A DNA stretch of 64,000 nt from Bacteroidia bacterium (lineage in GTDB: Bacteria > Bacteroidota > Bacteroidia > JANWJV01). A program made the position numbers and the translations under genes. Below the pieces are notes generated by a model. The model worked only from the letters and a program-made list of their open reading frames with translations, did not search any database and was not told where the DNA came from. The DNA lies in the NCBI GenBank assembly GCA_025451785.1, contig JANWJV010000007.1, positions 1,596 through 65,595 on the forward strand, in the 5' to 3' direction. Positions 1-10,536 of the stretch are shown here, piece by piece. Position 1 is the stretch's first letter; every line of letters begins with the position of its first letter.

Positions 1-1023
1 TTTGTGAAAGAACTGGAAGAGCGCCTGAAGAATTCCACCGGCCGCATCGCCACTGTGGTGGGGCGCTATTATGCCATGGACCGCGACAAACGCTGGGAGC
101 GTGTGAAGCTGGCCTATGACCTGCTGGTAAAGGGAGAAGGAAAAAAGGCAAAGAGCGCCGCTGAAGCGATAAACGCTTCCTATGCTGAAGATATTACTGA
201 CGAATTCATCAAGCCGGTGCTGATCGAAGGTGTAAACGGTCAACTATCAGCAGGCGACGCTGTGGTGTGTTATAACTTCCGCACCGACCGCTGCCGCGAG
301 ATCACACAGGTGCTTACACAAAAAGACATGCCGGAGCATGGAATGAAGACCCTGCCCCTGCACTATGTGACTATGACCAATTACGATGACAGCTTCCTTG
401 ATGTTCGTGTAGTGTATGATAAGGACAACCTGAAGAATACACTCGGCGAAGTGCTGGCTGACGCGGGCAAGAAACAGATCAGGATATCAGAGACAGAAAA
501 ATATCCGCACGTTACCTTCTTCTTTTCAGGAGGAAGGGAGGAAGTATTCGAGGGCGAGAAGCGTATCCTCATCCCCTCCCCTAAAGTAGCCACCTACGAC
601 CTTCAGCCCGAGATGAGCGCACCGCTGGTGACTGAAGCCATTGTAGCTGAACTAAAAAAAGGGGAAGCGGATTTTGTTTGCCTCAACTTCGCCAATCCCG
701 ATATGGTAGGGCATACCGGTGTTTACAAGGCGGTGGTCAAAGCGCTTGAGACGGTTGACGGCTGCCTGCAAAAGGTGTTGGAAGCCGGTTTACAGAGCGG
801 CTACTCCTTCATCATCATCGCCGATCACGGCAATGCTGACTTTATGATCAATGCTGACGGCTCTCCCAACACCGCGCACACTACTAACCCTGTACCGGTC
901 ATCCTCATCGACAAAGACCACAAAAAGATAAAGGAAGGAAAGCTGGCCGACATCGCGCCAACCATCCTTAAGATAATGGGTCTTAGTGTTCCGAAGGAAA
1001 TGGACGGGGAAGTACTGATCTGA
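1..1023 (+). CDS. gpmI: 2,3-bisphosphoglycerate-independent phosphoglycerate mutase, C-terminal ~340 aa (5' end outside window)
   Basis: Frame is open to the window edge. iPGM motifs NFANPDMVGHTG and IIADHGNAD are present. The GTG at 4 is only the first in-window start-like codon. Confidence 0.9.
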   Translation, partial: FVKELEERLKNSTGRIATVVGRYYAMDRDKRWERVKLAYDLLVKGEGKKAKSAAEAINASYAEDITDEFIKPVLIEGVNGQLSAGDAVVCYNFRTDRCREITQVLTQKDMPEHGMKTLPLHYVTMTNYDDSFLDVRVVYDKDNLKNTLGEVLADAGKKQIRISETEKYPHVTFFFSGGREEVFEGEKRILIPSPKVATYDLQPEMSAPLVTEAIVAELKKGEADFVCLNFANPDMVGHTGVYKAVVKALETVDGCLQKVLEAGLQSGYSFIIIADHGNADFMINADGSPNTAHTTNPVPVILIDKDHKKIKEGKLADIAPTILKIMGLSVPKEMDGEVLI

Positions 1024-1025
1024 TC

Positions 1026-2339
1026 TTATTCGATCAGCAGCTTGCCTCTTGCCAGGGGCGTATCACCCGCAACGATCGTATAGAAATACATCCCTGAAGG
1101 GAGCTCTCCTTTTTCGAACTGCAGTTCTCCTGTATTCTGTTGGTCGGTCATGAGCTTCACTTCACGGCCAAGACAGTCGACGAGGATAAAACTTACCAGT
1201 TCATCAGCCTGCGCCTCGTTAAGGTAACGTACAGTAGCATGGCCGGAAACAGGATTAGGGAACACAGCAGATTCAGCAATGGGAATGTTCTCACTGAAAC
1301 CGGTGCCCACATCCCAGCGGGCCACATGCCTCGCGAAAGTTCCGCCGGCTGTAGTGAACATGCCGCCGGCAAACATACCACCCTGAAAAGAAGCCAGGCA
1401 GGATACGTAATTGTTCATGCCTGTGCCCAGCGCCGACCATGCGGAGCCGTCCCATTTGGCGATACGAGCGGCACCGTTTCCACCCGCCTGAGTGAACGTG
1501 CCACCCGCGTACAGTTCGTTCGCATGTACAGTAAGCGCTGAAACGTTGTTATTCGTACCGGTACCCACCGCCGACCAGGCACTGCCGTTCCATTTAGCAA
1601 TATAGGTTGCGGCGTTACCACCGGCCTGCGTAAAAGTACCTCCGGCATACAAGTTGCCGTTATAGGAGTAAAGCGCGTATACATCGTTGTTCGTGCCGGT
1701 ACCGAGCGCTGCCCAGGTGCTGCCGTTCCACTTGGCCACCTTTGCAGCGGCGCCTCCTCCTGCCGTGGTAAACCAGCCACCAGCATACAGTTCATTGTTG
1801 TGAACCGTGAGGGCATACACGGCATTGTTCATTCCTGTACCCACCGCCGACCAGGAGGTACCGTTCCAGCGGGCGATGCGCGCAGCTGATGTTGAGCCAG
1901 CAATAGTAAAGAAACCTCCCGCATACAATTCGTTGTTGTAAACAGCCAGGCAGTTCACCTGGTTGTTCATGCCTGTGCCTACCGCCGACCAGGCGCTGCC
2001 ATTCCATTTGGCAATATACGTGGCAGCATTACCGCCTGCTATGTTAAATACACCGCCAAGGTATAGGTCATTGTTATAAATGGCAAGTGCATAGGCATTG
2101 TTATTCGTGCCCGATCCAAGCGCTGACCAGGTGCTGCCGTTCCATTTCGCAACACGGCTAGCACTACCTCCACCCGCGAGGGTAAAATTACCTGCCGCAT
2201 ATAACAGCCCGTTGGCCGAATCGGCCTTGAAGCCATAAGTAATGGTATCGGTGCCGTTATTCCCAACAGCTGACCACGACTGGGCAGCGGCCGCATTAAG
2301 AATAACAAGAGCGGCGAGTAGTGTAAGGGATCTTTTCAT
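1026..2339 (-). CDS. secreted beta-propeller-like repeat protein with T9SS C-terminal sorting domain
   Basis: Signal peptide MKRSLTLLAALVILNAAAAQ. About 7 copies of a ~47-aa unit (AKWNGSxWSAxGTGxNNxVxAL..NELYAGGxFTxAGG). C-terminus FPNPVSG...GMYFYTI is typical of a T9SS CTD. Confidence 0.8.
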   Translation of the reverse strand: MKRSLTLLAALVILNAAAAQSWSAVGNNGTDTITYGFKADSANGLLYAAGNFTLAGGGSASRVAKWNGSTWSALGSGTNNNAYALAIYNNDLYLGGVFNIAGGNAATYIAKWNGSAWSAVGTGMNNQVNCLAVYNNELYAGGFFTIAGSTSAARIARWNGTSWSAVGTGMNNAVYALTVHNNELYAGGWFTTAGGGAAAKVAKWNGSTWAALGTGTNNDVYALYSYNGNLYAGGTFTQAGGNAATYIAKWNGSAWSAVGTGTNNNVSALTVHANELYAGGTFTQAGGNGAARIAKWDGSAWSALGTGMNNYVSCLASFQGGMFAGGMFTTAGGTFARHVARWDVGTGFSENIPIAESAVFPNPVSGHATVRYLNEAQADELVSFILVDCLGREVKLMTDQQNTGELQFEKGELPSGMYFYTIVAGDTPLARGKLLIE

Positions 2340-2377
2340 CAGCTAATTGTTGATTTATACTAATTTACAAAAAATCC

Positions 2378-3637
2378 TCAACTGAATCGGATCGCCTTCA
2401 CGGGCGTGATCCTTGAAACGATAAAGCTGGGGATCACGAGCATGAACAAGCAGGCCAGGAGCGTACCCGCGTTCAAGAGGAGGATATGCAAAGGCTCCAT
2501 ATTAATGGGCACTACCGAAATGTAATAGGTCTCTTGCGGAAGTGTAAATATCCCAAACTGTTTCTGGAAAAGACAGAGCGCGATGCCCGCGATATTTCCC
2601 CAGAGCAAACCCTTGCCGATCATGAATGCCGCGTTGTAGAGGAATATCTTCTGGATGCCCCCATTGCTAGAGCCCAGTGCTTTGAGTATACCTATCATAT
2701 TGGTACGCTCAAGAATGATAATGAGCAGCGCCGAGATCATATTGATGCCTGCCACCAGGATCATCAGCGAGATCACTACTATCGCGTTCACGTCCTGCAG
2801 GTCGAGCCAGGTAAAAATGGTGGAGTTCGTTTGGCGGATGGTTTGCGCGCTGAGCTCCTGCCCTATCTCTTCATTAACGATCTCACCCATCTTATCGATC
2901 TTCGTATAATCGTCGATGCTCACTTCAAAGCCTCCCACCTGGTCGCGGGTCCAGTAGTTCAGCTTCTGTATCTGCGCAATATCCACCAGCGCCACTTTCT
3001 TATCGTACTCTTCGAAACCTGTTTCGTAAATACCGCTAATGTAAAAGTCCTTCACACGTTGCTCGTATTCAGGAGCCGCATCCTCTTCCGCCTCCTTTTT
3101 CTTCGTCACAAAATAGATCAGCAGTTTGTCGCCGGTCTTCAGGTCGAGCCTGGCCGCCATCACTTTTGAAAGCACAATACTTTTGGAAGTACCTGTATCA
3201 GTTACGCTGAACGCTTCTCCTTCCTTAAGGTTCTTCTTTATAAAGCTCCAGTCGAAATCGCTGCCCACTCCTTTCAGAAGAACACCTTCATTCTCTTTTT
3301 TGGTTTTGAGCAAGCCGTTCTTGGTGGCGTATACCTGGATGTGCTTGATGCCCGGCTTCTCTTCGATGGAAGGATAGAAGGACTGCTTGCGGCTCACCGG
3401 TGTAGGCTCCAGGGAGGTATTGGAATCGTAATTGGTTATTTGAATATTAGAGCCGAAACCGATAACTTTGTCACGTATCTCATTTTGAAATCCAGTCACT
3501 ATCGCAACAGTAAGTATCATTACAACAAGGCCCAGTGATATTCCCAGGACAGCAATACGCACGATCGGTTTCGACATGCGGTTGCTCGCATTCTTACCTG
3601 AAAGGATCCTGGTAGCAATAAAAAGCTCTGTGTTCAT
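2378..3637 (-). CDS. FtsX-family ABC transporter permease, LolC/E-like
   Basis: Starts MNTELFIATRIL...SKPIVRIAVLGISLG (TM1), followed by a large extracytoplasmic loop and a C-terminal FtsX-type TM bundle. The ORF-track start at 3889 is an upstream extension; the ATG at 3637 was chosen. Confidence 0.8.
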   Translation of the reverse strand: MNTELFIATRILSGKNASNRMSKPIVRIAVLGISLGLVVMILTVAIVTGFQNEIRDKVIGFGSNIQITNYDSNTSLEPTPVSRKQSFYPSIEEKPGIKHIQVYATKNGLLKTKKENEGVLLKGVGSDFDWSFIKKNLKEGEAFSVTDTGTSKSIVLSKVMAARLDLKTGDKLLIYFVTKKKEAEEDAAPEYEQRVKDFYISGIYETGFEEYDKKVALVDIAQIQKLNYWTRDQVGGFEVSIDDYTKIDKMGEIVNEEIGQELSAQTIRQTNSTIFTWLDLQDVNAIVVISLMILVAGINMISALLIIILERTNMIGILKALGSSNGGIQKIFLYNAAFMIGKGLLWGNIAGIALCLFQKQFGIFTLPQETYYISVVPINMEPLHILLLNAGTLLACLFMLVIPSFIVSRITPVKAIRFS

Positions 3638-4859
3638 TCCCCGAACGGTTCGTATTGCAAATGTAGCACTTCTCACGGCAACCCTTTTGCTGCAGGCTCC
3701 TGCCTTCGCGCAGATCAAAGAGATCAGGCGCAGCGATAAGGCCAGCGGCAGCATCAAGACCGGCGCCGACCGGACCGAAGAATATCTTCCGCTGTTGAAA
3801 GGCAAGGCGGTGGCGGTAGTTGCCAATCCCACCTCGGTGATCGGCAAGACCCACCTCGTAGACAGCCTTCTCCGATCGGGCATCACCATTAAAAAAGTGT
3901 TTTGTCCCGAGCATGGCTTCAGAGGCGATAACGACGCGGGGGAGAATGTGAAGAGCTACAAGGACAAAAAAACGGGACTTACCATTATCTCCCTTTACGG
4001 AAAGAACCACAAGCCCCTGCCGGCCGACCTCAAAGATGTACAAACAGTGATATTCGATATACAGGATGTGGGCGTACGTTTTTATACTTATATATCCACG
4101 CTCAACTATGTGATGGAGGCCTGCGCTGAGAACAACAAGCCGCTCATCGTGCTCGACCGGCCCAACCCGAACGGGTTCTATGTTGACGGCCCGGTGCTTG
4201 AAGACAAGTACAAGTCATTTGTAGGGCTTAACCCGGTGCCTATCGTATACGGCATGACCGTGGGTGAGTACGCGCGCATGCTGAACGGTGAAGGCTGGCT
4301 AAAAGGCGGCGTGAAATGCGACCTGCGCATCATTACTGTGCGTGGTTACACCCATTCCGACTATTACAACCTGCCGGTGAAGCCCTCTCCCAATCTTCCG
4401 AACATGGGCTCGGTATATCTGTATCCTTCGTTGTGCCTGTTCGAAGGAACGGTGATAAGTGTTGGGCGCGGTACCGAGGCTCCCTTTGAGATGATAGGCC
4501 ATCCTAAACTTACCAATGCACCTTTTAAGTTCACACCTAAAAGCATTCCCGGCGCAAGCAAAAATCCTCCTTACGAAGGACAGGTTTGCCAAGGATATGA
4601 CCTCCGCAACTTCGGCGATATGTACATCAAGAACTTCGGCAAGCTGTACCTCTTCTGGTTGCAGGGCACCTACAAGAACATGCCTGACAAGGCCGCCTAT
4701 TTCAATGAGTATTTTTTCTCCCTTACAGGAACTGCAACACTCAAGCAGCAGATCGTTGAAGGCAAGAGCGAAGAAGATATCCGGAGATCATGGGAGCCTG
4801 GCCTGAAGAAGTTCAAGGAGATCCGTAAGAAATACCTCCTTTATCAGGATTTTGAGTAG
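3576..4859 (+). CDS. DUF1343 family protein (exo-beta-N-acetylmuramidase NamZ-like)
   Basis: Signal-like LLTATLLLQAPAFAQ, then GKAVAVVANPTSV...CPEHGFRGD, which is typical of DUF1343. The start is uncertain: the ATG at 3576 overlaps the divergent permease start by 62 nt, and an in-frame GTG lies at 3630. Confidence 0.75.
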   Translation: MRLLAFLPERILVAIKSSVFIPRTVRIANVALLTATLLLQAPAFAQIKEIRRSDKASGSIKTGADRTEEYLPLLKGKAVAVVANPTSVIGKTHLVDSLLRSGITIKKVFCPEHGFRGDNDAGENVKSYKDKKTGLTIISLYGKNHKPLPADLKDVQTVIFDIQDVGVRFYTYISTLNYVMEACAENNKPLIVLDRPNPNGFYVDGPVLEDKYKSFVGLNPVPIVYGMTVGEYARMLNGEGWLKGGVKCDLRIITVRGYTHSDYYNLPVKPSPNLPNMGSVYLYPSLCLFEGTVISVGRGTEAPFEMIGHPKLTNAPFKFTPKSIPGASKNPPYEGQVCQGYDLRNFGDMYIKNFGKLYLFWLQGTYKNMPDKAAYFNEYFFSLTGTATLKQQIVEGKSEEDIRRSWEPGLKKFKEIRKKYLLYQDFE

Positions 4860-4886
4860 CCCCTCGACTCCGCTCGGGGTGACAAA

Positions 4887-6107
4887 TTATTTCGCCAGCT
4901 CTTTTTCTTTCACCTTCCGACCAGGATAAACTTTCAGAGCCTCATCGAGGCAAAGCATGGCATTATTAAGGTCATCGAGGTTGAGCACGTAGGCAATGCG
5001 TACCTCGTCGGTACCCGCGCCGGGGGTGGAATAAAAACCCGTGGCGGGGGCCAGCATCACCGTTTGCTCTTTATAGTTGAACGACTCGAGAAGCCACTGG
5101 CAAAATTTATCGGCATTGTCTATGGGAAGGCGAGCGATGCAGTAGAACGCGCCACCGGGATTGGGGCAAAATACACCTTCCATTTTATTAAGCGCGGTGA
5201 TAACAAAATCACGGCGCGCCACATATTCCTTTTTCACCTTGTCGAAATAGGACTGCGGTGTATCAATGGCCGCTTCAGCAGCCACCTGCCCGAAGGTAGG
5301 CGGGCTTAGTCGTGCCTGCGCGAACTTAAGGGCCGCCTCCATCACCTCTTTGTTCTTCGAGATCATGGCGCCAATGCGTGCGCCGCAGGCACTGTAACGT
5401 TTGGAAACAGAATCGAGCAGCACCACGTTCTTGTCGAGGCCGCCGAGATGCATTACTGAAACATATTCCCTGTTGTCGTAACAAAACTCGCGGTACACTT
5501 CGTCGGAGAACAGGAAGAGATCATGCTTAAGCACCAGTTCCTTGAGCGACTCCAGTTCCTGGCGTGAATAAAGATAGCCGGTGGGATTGCCGGGATTGCA
5601 GATCATGATCGCCCTTGTTTTGGGCGTGATGAGCTTTTCAAATTCGCTGATGGGAGGCAGTGCGAAACCGCTTTCGATATAAGAGCGGATAGGCCTCACC
5701 TTCACGCCGGCTTGTTCAGAGAAACCATTATAATTAGCGTAAAATGGTTCAGGAATGATCATCTCATCCCCCGGGTTGAGGCAGGTCATCATGGCGATCT
5801 CGATGGCTTCGGAGCCGCCGGTGGTCACCATGATATCAGTATAATCGAGCGCTATGTTGTATTTCTGATAATAGCCTACCAGCTTTTTGCGGTAACTTTC
5901 AATGCCTGCACTGTGGCTGTACTCCACCACTTTAGGGGCGAAGTTACGGATGGCATTCAGCATAGTATCGGGAGTCTCTATATCGGGCTGGCCGATGTTG
6001 AGATGGTAAACCTTGCGCCCTTGTTTCTTTGCTTTCTCAGCAAAAGGAACCAGCTTCCTTATGGGGGAAGCGGGCATGTTATTGGCTCTAGAGGATACCG
6101 AGGGCAT
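4887..6107 (-). CDS. PLP-dependent class I/II aminotransferase (aspartate aminotransferase-like)
   Basis: 406 aa. Motifs NIGQPD, NPGNPTG, and SVSKRYSACGARIG with the PLP lysine. Confidence 0.85.
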   Translation of the reverse strand: MPSVSSRANNMPASPIRKLVPFAEKAKKQGRKVYHLNIGQPDIETPDTMLNAIRNFAPKVVEYSHSAGIESYRKKLVGYYQKYNIALDYTDIMVTTGGSEAIEIAMMTCLNPGDEMIIPEPFYANYNGFSEQAGVKVRPIRSYIESGFALPPISEFEKLITPKTRAIMICNPGNPTGYLYSRQELESLKELVLKHDLFLFSDEVYREFCYDNREYVSVMHLGGLDKNVVLLDSVSKRYSACGARIGAMISKNKEVMEAALKFAQARLSPPTFGQVAAEAAIDTPQSYFDKVKKEYVARRDFVITALNKMEGVFCPNPGGAFYCIARLPIDNADKFCQWLLESFNYKEQTVMLAPATGFYSTPGAGTDEVRIAYVLNLDDLNNAMLCLDEALKVYPGRKVKEKELAK

Positions 6108-6162
6108 CTGTCCGGGATTGGTTGATCAAAATTAAGATTTAGGAATTACCCGGACTTATTTT

Positions 6163-6549
6163 TTACTCTTTCTTTTTCAGGACAACACCTTTAAAGCGGA
6201 GCACGGTATTGCCGCCCGCATTAGAAATAATGGTGATGGTGCGTTCCTGACGGTCGATGGCGCTCTTACTATCGAAAGCGACCTTAATGCTCGACTTTTC
6301 GCCGGGTTTAACAGGTTGTGAAGGAAGGGTGACCTTGGTGCAGCTGCACTCTACTTTAGAGTCGGAGATCACGAGAGGCTCGGTGCCTGTGTTCTCGAAT
6401 TTGTACTCGAAGTTGGCGATCTCGCCCTGGCGGATCATCCCAAAATTGTGCTTGGTATCTTCAAAATTGAATTTAGCGCCTGCGCCCTGGAATCCCAGGG
6501 TCAGCAGGCACAAAAATCCAAAGCATAGTATACAAACACTTTTTTTCAA
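6163..6549 (-). CDS. DUF1573 domain protein (secreted, 128 aa)
   Basis: Signal peptide, then HNFGMIRQGEIANFEYKFENTGTEPLVISDSKVECSCT, which is a DUF1573 pattern. Confidence 0.8.
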   Translation of the reverse strand: MKKSVCILCFGFLCLLTLGFQGAGAKFNFEDTKHNFGMIRQGEIANFEYKFENTGTEPLVISDSKVECSCTKVTLPSQPVKPGEKSSIKVAFDSKSAIDRQERTITIISNAGGNTVLRFKGVVLKKKE

Positions 6550-6555
6550 AAAGGT

Positions 6556-7122
6556 TTACTTAGGTGAAGTAGCGTTAACCTTCGGTGCAGGAGCTGTTGC
6601 TTTCGGAACTACTTGTCCGCCAGGAGTCACTGCGGTGTTGTTAGCAGGAGCTACGGGCACGTTAGCAGGTGCTGGAGCTACTGTACCGGTAGGATTGGCC
6701 GGAGCCGGATCGGGCTTCACAACGCCTTTGATCCTCACCACGGAGGGAGAGTTCTTAGCGTTAGAAGTAACGGTTACGGTTTTTTCGAAAGCGCCAACAC
6801 GGTCGGTAGCATAGTGTACTTTGATCTCACCACCTTCGCCCGGCTTGAAAAGCTGCTGGGTAGGAGCGGTAGGAACTGTACATCCGCAAGAGCCGTGCGC
6901 TTCGCTGATGATAAGAGGTTCTTTTCCTGTGTTCTTGAACTTGAAAACACGATCGCCGTTAGCGTTGTGCTCAATGGTTCCGTAATCAAGAACAGTGGTC
7001 TCGAAGGTGATCTCAGGAGCATTGGGATTGGGAGGAATTGCGCCTGTAACATCCTGGGCTTGCGCTGTGTTGACGAGCGCAAGGCAGGCCATCGCACCGA
7101 AAAGTAAAATTGATTTTTTCAT
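6556..7122 (-). CDS. DUF1573 domain protein with Pro/Ala/Thr-rich C-terminal tail (188 aa)
   Basis: YGTIEHNANGDRVFKFKNTGKEPLIISEAHGSCGCTVP, followed by a low-complexity tail PDPAPANPTGTVAPAPANVPVAPANN. Confidence 0.8.
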   Translation of the reverse strand: MKKSILLFGAMACLALVNTAQAQDVTGAIPPNPNAPEITFETTVLDYGTIEHNANGDRVFKFKNTGKEPLIISEAHGSCGCTVPTAPTQQLFKPGEGGEIKVHYATDRVGAFEKTVTVTSNAKNSPSVVRIKGVVKPDPAPANPTGTVAPAPANVPVAPANNTAVTPGGQVVPKATAPAPKVNATSPK

Positions 7123-7163
7123 AGCTGTGGATTTTTTGGATTTATTGTTTTTATTTATTGTTC

Positions 7164-7652
7164 TTAGTTCTGGTTCTCAATAGGCCCGTTCGATTTCTTG
7201 GTCGGGAACGGTTCCTCGGCGGGCGTCGCTTCCACTTTACCTTTTATGGTAATGATCTTGGAAGAGGTTTTGGCGTTGGAAGTAATGGTGACCGACTTGG
7301 CGAAGGCGCCAACGATATTGGTGTTATAGCTTACGGTAATGGTACCTGATTCACCCGGCTTAAAAGGTTTGTTGAGAGGTGCTTCGGGAACGGTACATCC
7401 ACAGGAAGCACTGGCGGCCGTAATAATGAGAGGCTCTTTGCCTGTGTTCTTGAACTTGAAGATATAAGCGCCGGGAGAGCCCTGCTTGATGACCCCGTAA
7501 TCATAGCCGTCCTTTTCAAAAGCTATTTCGGCGGCATTGGGATTGGGGGTTGATTGCGCTGTTGGTACGCTGTTTATCACCGGCTGTGCAAACAGCAGGG
7601 AACCTGCCATGAGGCCCAGGAAAGTTGTAGCTATTGTTCTTTTTGTTTTCAT
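7164..7652 (-). CDS. DUF1573 domain protein (162 aa)
   Basis: YGVIKQGSPGAYIFKFKNTGKEPLIITAASASCGCTVP. It is a paralog of the two downstream genes. Confidence 0.8.
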   Translation of the reverse strand: MKTKRTIATTFLGLMAGSLLFAQPVINSVPTAQSTPNPNAAEIAFEKDGYDYGVIKQGSPGAYIFKFKNTGKEPLIITAASASCGCTVPEAPLNKPFKPGESGTITVSYNTNIVGAFAKSVTITSNAKTSSKIITIKGKVEATPAEEPFPTKKSNGPIENQN

Positions 7653-7880
7653 TCGTATAAACCGGGTAACAAATATATTAATTTATTATTTCTTTTCCGG
7701 GCGGTTTACAGCGAAAATCATGCCATTTTCGGCATTTTTCCTAGATTATTTTCTTTAGCTTTGCCTTCCCCTGCCCCAAATGGGATCTGCTTCGGCAGGA
7801 AGGGGGAACCTTTCGATATAACTGAGCAATGATGCGATACAAAAAAAGCGGGTTTAGGTCCCGTTTTCCGCTCTAACCCC

Positions 7881-10535
7881 ATGGAGATCCCCAAAACATA
7901 CGACCCACGGTCAACGGAAGACAAATGGTATGCCTACTGGCTCAGCCACAAGCTCTTCCGTTCGGTACCCGATAAGCGCGAGCCTTATACTATTGTGATC
8001 CCCCCTCCCAATGTAACAGGGGTGCTTCACATGGGCCATATGCTTAACAATACCATTCAGGATGTGCTCATCCGCAGGGCCCGTATGCTTGGCAAGAACG
8101 CCTGCTGGGTGCCCGGCACCGACCACGCTTCCATCGCCACCGAAGCCAGGGTGGTAGCCATGCTGAAAGAAAAAGGCATTAAGAAGACCGACCTCAGCCG
8201 TGAGCAGTTCCTGGAATACGCCTGGGAATGGAAAAAAAAATACGGCGGCATCATCCTCAAGCAGCTCGAAAAACTGGGCGCCTCGGTTGACTGGGACCGC
8301 ACCCGCTTTACCATGGACGAGGACATGAGCGAGGCGGTGATCAACGTGTTCATCGACCTTTACAACAAAGGACATATCTACCGCGGCGTGCGCATGGTAA
8401 ACTGGGACCCCCAGGGGCTCACCGCGCTTTCGGATGAAGAAGTTATTTATAAAGAAGTAAGCTCTAAGCTGTATTATGTAAAGTACAAACTGGAAGGAGG
8501 CAATGACGAATGGATCACCATTGCCACTACACGTCCGGAAACCATTTTGGGCGATACGGCCGTTTGTGTTCACCCTGCCGATGAAAGGTATAAGCATCTC
8601 AAAGGCCGCTGCTGCATCATACCTATTGTGAACCGCAGCGTGCCCATCATCTTCGACGAGTACATCACCATGGAGTTCGGTACCGGCGCCTTAAAAGTAA
8701 CTCCCGCACACGACATCAACGACTACAACCTGGGCATCAAGCATGGGCTGGAGATCATTGATACCATCGCGCCCGACGGCAAGATGAGCGCCGCCGCGAA
8801 GTTCTACGTAGGCGAAGACCGTTTCGCGGTACGCAAGAAGATCGCCAAGGATCTGGAAGACATGGGGCAGATCGTGAAGGTGGAAGATATTCAAAACAAA
8901 GTAGGCCGCTCTGAAAGGACCGACGCGGTGATAGAGCCCAAGCTGAGCATGCAGTGGTTCCTCAAGATGGAGGAGATCAGCAAGCCCGCCCTTGAAAATG
9001 TTCTGAACGGAAACGTAAGACTTATTCCCGATAAGTTCATCAACACCTATAAGCACTGGATGGAGAACGTGCACGACTGGTGCATCTCGCGTCAATTGTG
9101 GTGGGGACAACGCATTCCGGCATGGTATGATGATAAGGGAAATTTTGTGGTGGCGAAGACACACGAAGAGGCGCTCGCGAAGTATAACGTCAAACATCAA
9201 ACGTCAAACGTCGAACAATTGAAGCAGGACGAAGATGTAGTAGACACCTGGTTCAGCGCATGGCTGTGGCCTATCAGCGTATTCGACCCCAAAGTGTTCG
9301 GAGCCGACAAGAGCTACAAAGGCAACGACGACATCAATTACTATTATCCCACCAATGATCTTGTTACCGCTCCGGAGATCCTTTTCTTTTGGGTGGCGCG
9401 CATGATCATTTCGGGATACGAGTACAAACAGGAAAAACCTTTCAGCAATGTTTACCTCACTGGCATCGTACGCGATAAGCAAGGCAGGAAGATGAGCAAA
9501 TCGCTGGGCAATTCACCTGACCCTATCGAGCTGATGGAGAAGTACGGGGCTGACGGTGTTCGCGTGGGCATGCTCTTATGCTCTCCTGCCGGCAACGATC
9601 TTCCCTTTGACGAATCGTATTGTGAGCAGGGAAGGAATTTCTCCAATAAGATATGGAACGCTTTCCGCCTTGTGGCTGGATGGCAGGTAGATGACAAAGC
9701 ACAACAGCCGGAAGCGAACAAAACAGCTTGCCAGTGGTTCGATTCCAAACTGAGCGCCGAGCTGGAGAACATCAACGACCTGTATTCAAAATACCGCATT
9801 TCGGAAGCGTTGATGGCCAGCTACAAACTGGTGTGGGATGATTTCTGCGCCTGGTACCTTGAGATGATCAAGCCGGAGTTTGTCGACGGCGTTTCGAAGC
9901 CTATCGATAAGTCCACCTATGAAACCACCATCGCTTATTTTGAAAAGATATTGAAGGTGCTTCATCCCTTTATGCCCTTCATCACCGAAGAGATATGGTC
10001 GCTCATTAGAAAAAGGGCGGAGAAGGACTGCGTGATGATATCGCAATGGCCCGCTGCCGCAGCGAGGGACGAAAAACTGCTTTTGGTAGTTGAAACACTT
10101 AAGGAACTGGTAGCCGCTATCCGTAACCTTCGTCAGCAAAAGAACATTTCCCCCAAGGAAAAACTGGAAGTACATGAAGTGGGTGATACCAACCGCAAGG
10201 CTTGCCGCCTCGACGCGCTGGCGATAAAGCTCGCGAACCTCAGCGAATACAAATACACTTCGGCAAAACTTGAGGGTGCCTACAGCATTAACATCGGTAC
10301 ACTTGAATTTTATGTTCCGCTTTCGCAGAATATCAACGTGGCGGAAGAAAAGGAGCGCCTGCTGAAGGACCTCGACTATCAAAAAGGCTTTCTTGTTTCG
10401 GTACAGAAAAAGCTCGCCAACGAACGCTTTGTTCAGAATGCCAAGCCGGAAGTGATAGCGGTAGAGAAAAAGAAAGAGGCTGACGCGGAAGCGAAGATCA
10501 AGACAATAGAAGAGCAGTTGGCCGCGCTAAAATAA
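7881..10535 (+). CDS. valS: valine--tRNA ligase
   Basis: 884 aa. HIGH-type [21 protein letters not shown], and a C-terminal coiled coil. Confidence 0.97.
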   Translation: MEIPKTYDPRSTEDKWYAYWLSHKLFRSVPDKREPYTIVIPPPNVTGVLHMGHMLNNTIQDVLIRRARMLGKNACWVPGTDHASIATEARVVAMLKEKGIKKTDLSREQFLEYAWEWKKKYGGIILKQLEKLGASVDWDRTRFTMDEDMSEAVINVFIDLYNKGHIYRGVRMVNWDPQGLTALSDEEVIYKEVSSKLYYVKYKLEGGNDEWITIATTRPETILGDTAVCVHPADERYKHLKGRCCIIPIVNRSVPIIFDEYITMEFGTGALKVTPAHDINDYNLGIKHGLEIIDTIAPDGKMSAAAKFYVGEDRFAVRKKIAKDLEDMGQIVKVEDIQNKVGRSERTDAVIEPKLSMQWFLKMEEISKPALENVLNGNVRLIPDKFINTYKHWMENVHDWCISRQLWWGQRIPAWYDDKGNFVVAKTHEEALAKYNVKHQTSNVEQLKQDEDVVDTWFSAWLWPISVFDPKVFGADKSYKGNDDINYYYPTNDLVTAPEILFFWVARMIISGYEYKQEKPFSNVYLTGIVRDKQGRKMSKSLGNSPDPIELMEKYGADGVRVGMLLCSPAGNDLPFDESYCEQGRNFSNKIWNAFRLVAGWQVDDKAQQPEANKTACQWFDSKLSAELENINDLYSKYRISEALMASYKLVWDDFCAWYLEMIKPEFVDGVSKPIDKSTYETTIAYFEKILKVLHPFMPFITEEIWSLIRKRAEKDCVMISQWPAAAARDEKLLLVVETLKELVAAIRNLRQQKNISPKEKLEVHEVGDTNRKACRLDALAIKLANLSEYKYTSAKLEGAYSINIGTLEFYVPLSQNINVAEEKERLLKDLDYQKGFLVSVQKKLANERFVQNAKPEVIAVEKKKEADAEAKIKTIEEQLAALK
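9187..9214 (+). repeat. heptanucleotide tandem array (AACGTCA-like x4) inside valS
   Basis: AACGTCA AACATCA AACGTCA AACGTCG, encoding ..[10 protein letters not shown].. Confidence 0.85.
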
Positions 10536-10536
10536 G

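Noticed and set aside
4860-4886. CCCCTCGACTCCGCTCGGGG-type element after the DUF1343 gene; a similar GCCCTTCGAAGCTTTAGCGAAGAAGGGC lies upstream of tRNA-Arg (46990-47017)
   Set aside because: Both are imperfect hairpins seen once each in this window. They may belong to a dispersed repeat family, but that cannot be supported from one window. At most they are weak terminator or leader structures.
7653-7880. 228-nt gap upstream of valS with small hairpins (ATGCC-ATTTTC-GGCAT-TTTTT and CCTGCC...GGCAGG), considered as a T-box, riboswitch or sRNA
   Set aside because: The stems are short (5-6 bp). I could not recognise a specifier or T-box sequence or any known riboswitch core. The region also has to hold two divergent promoters.
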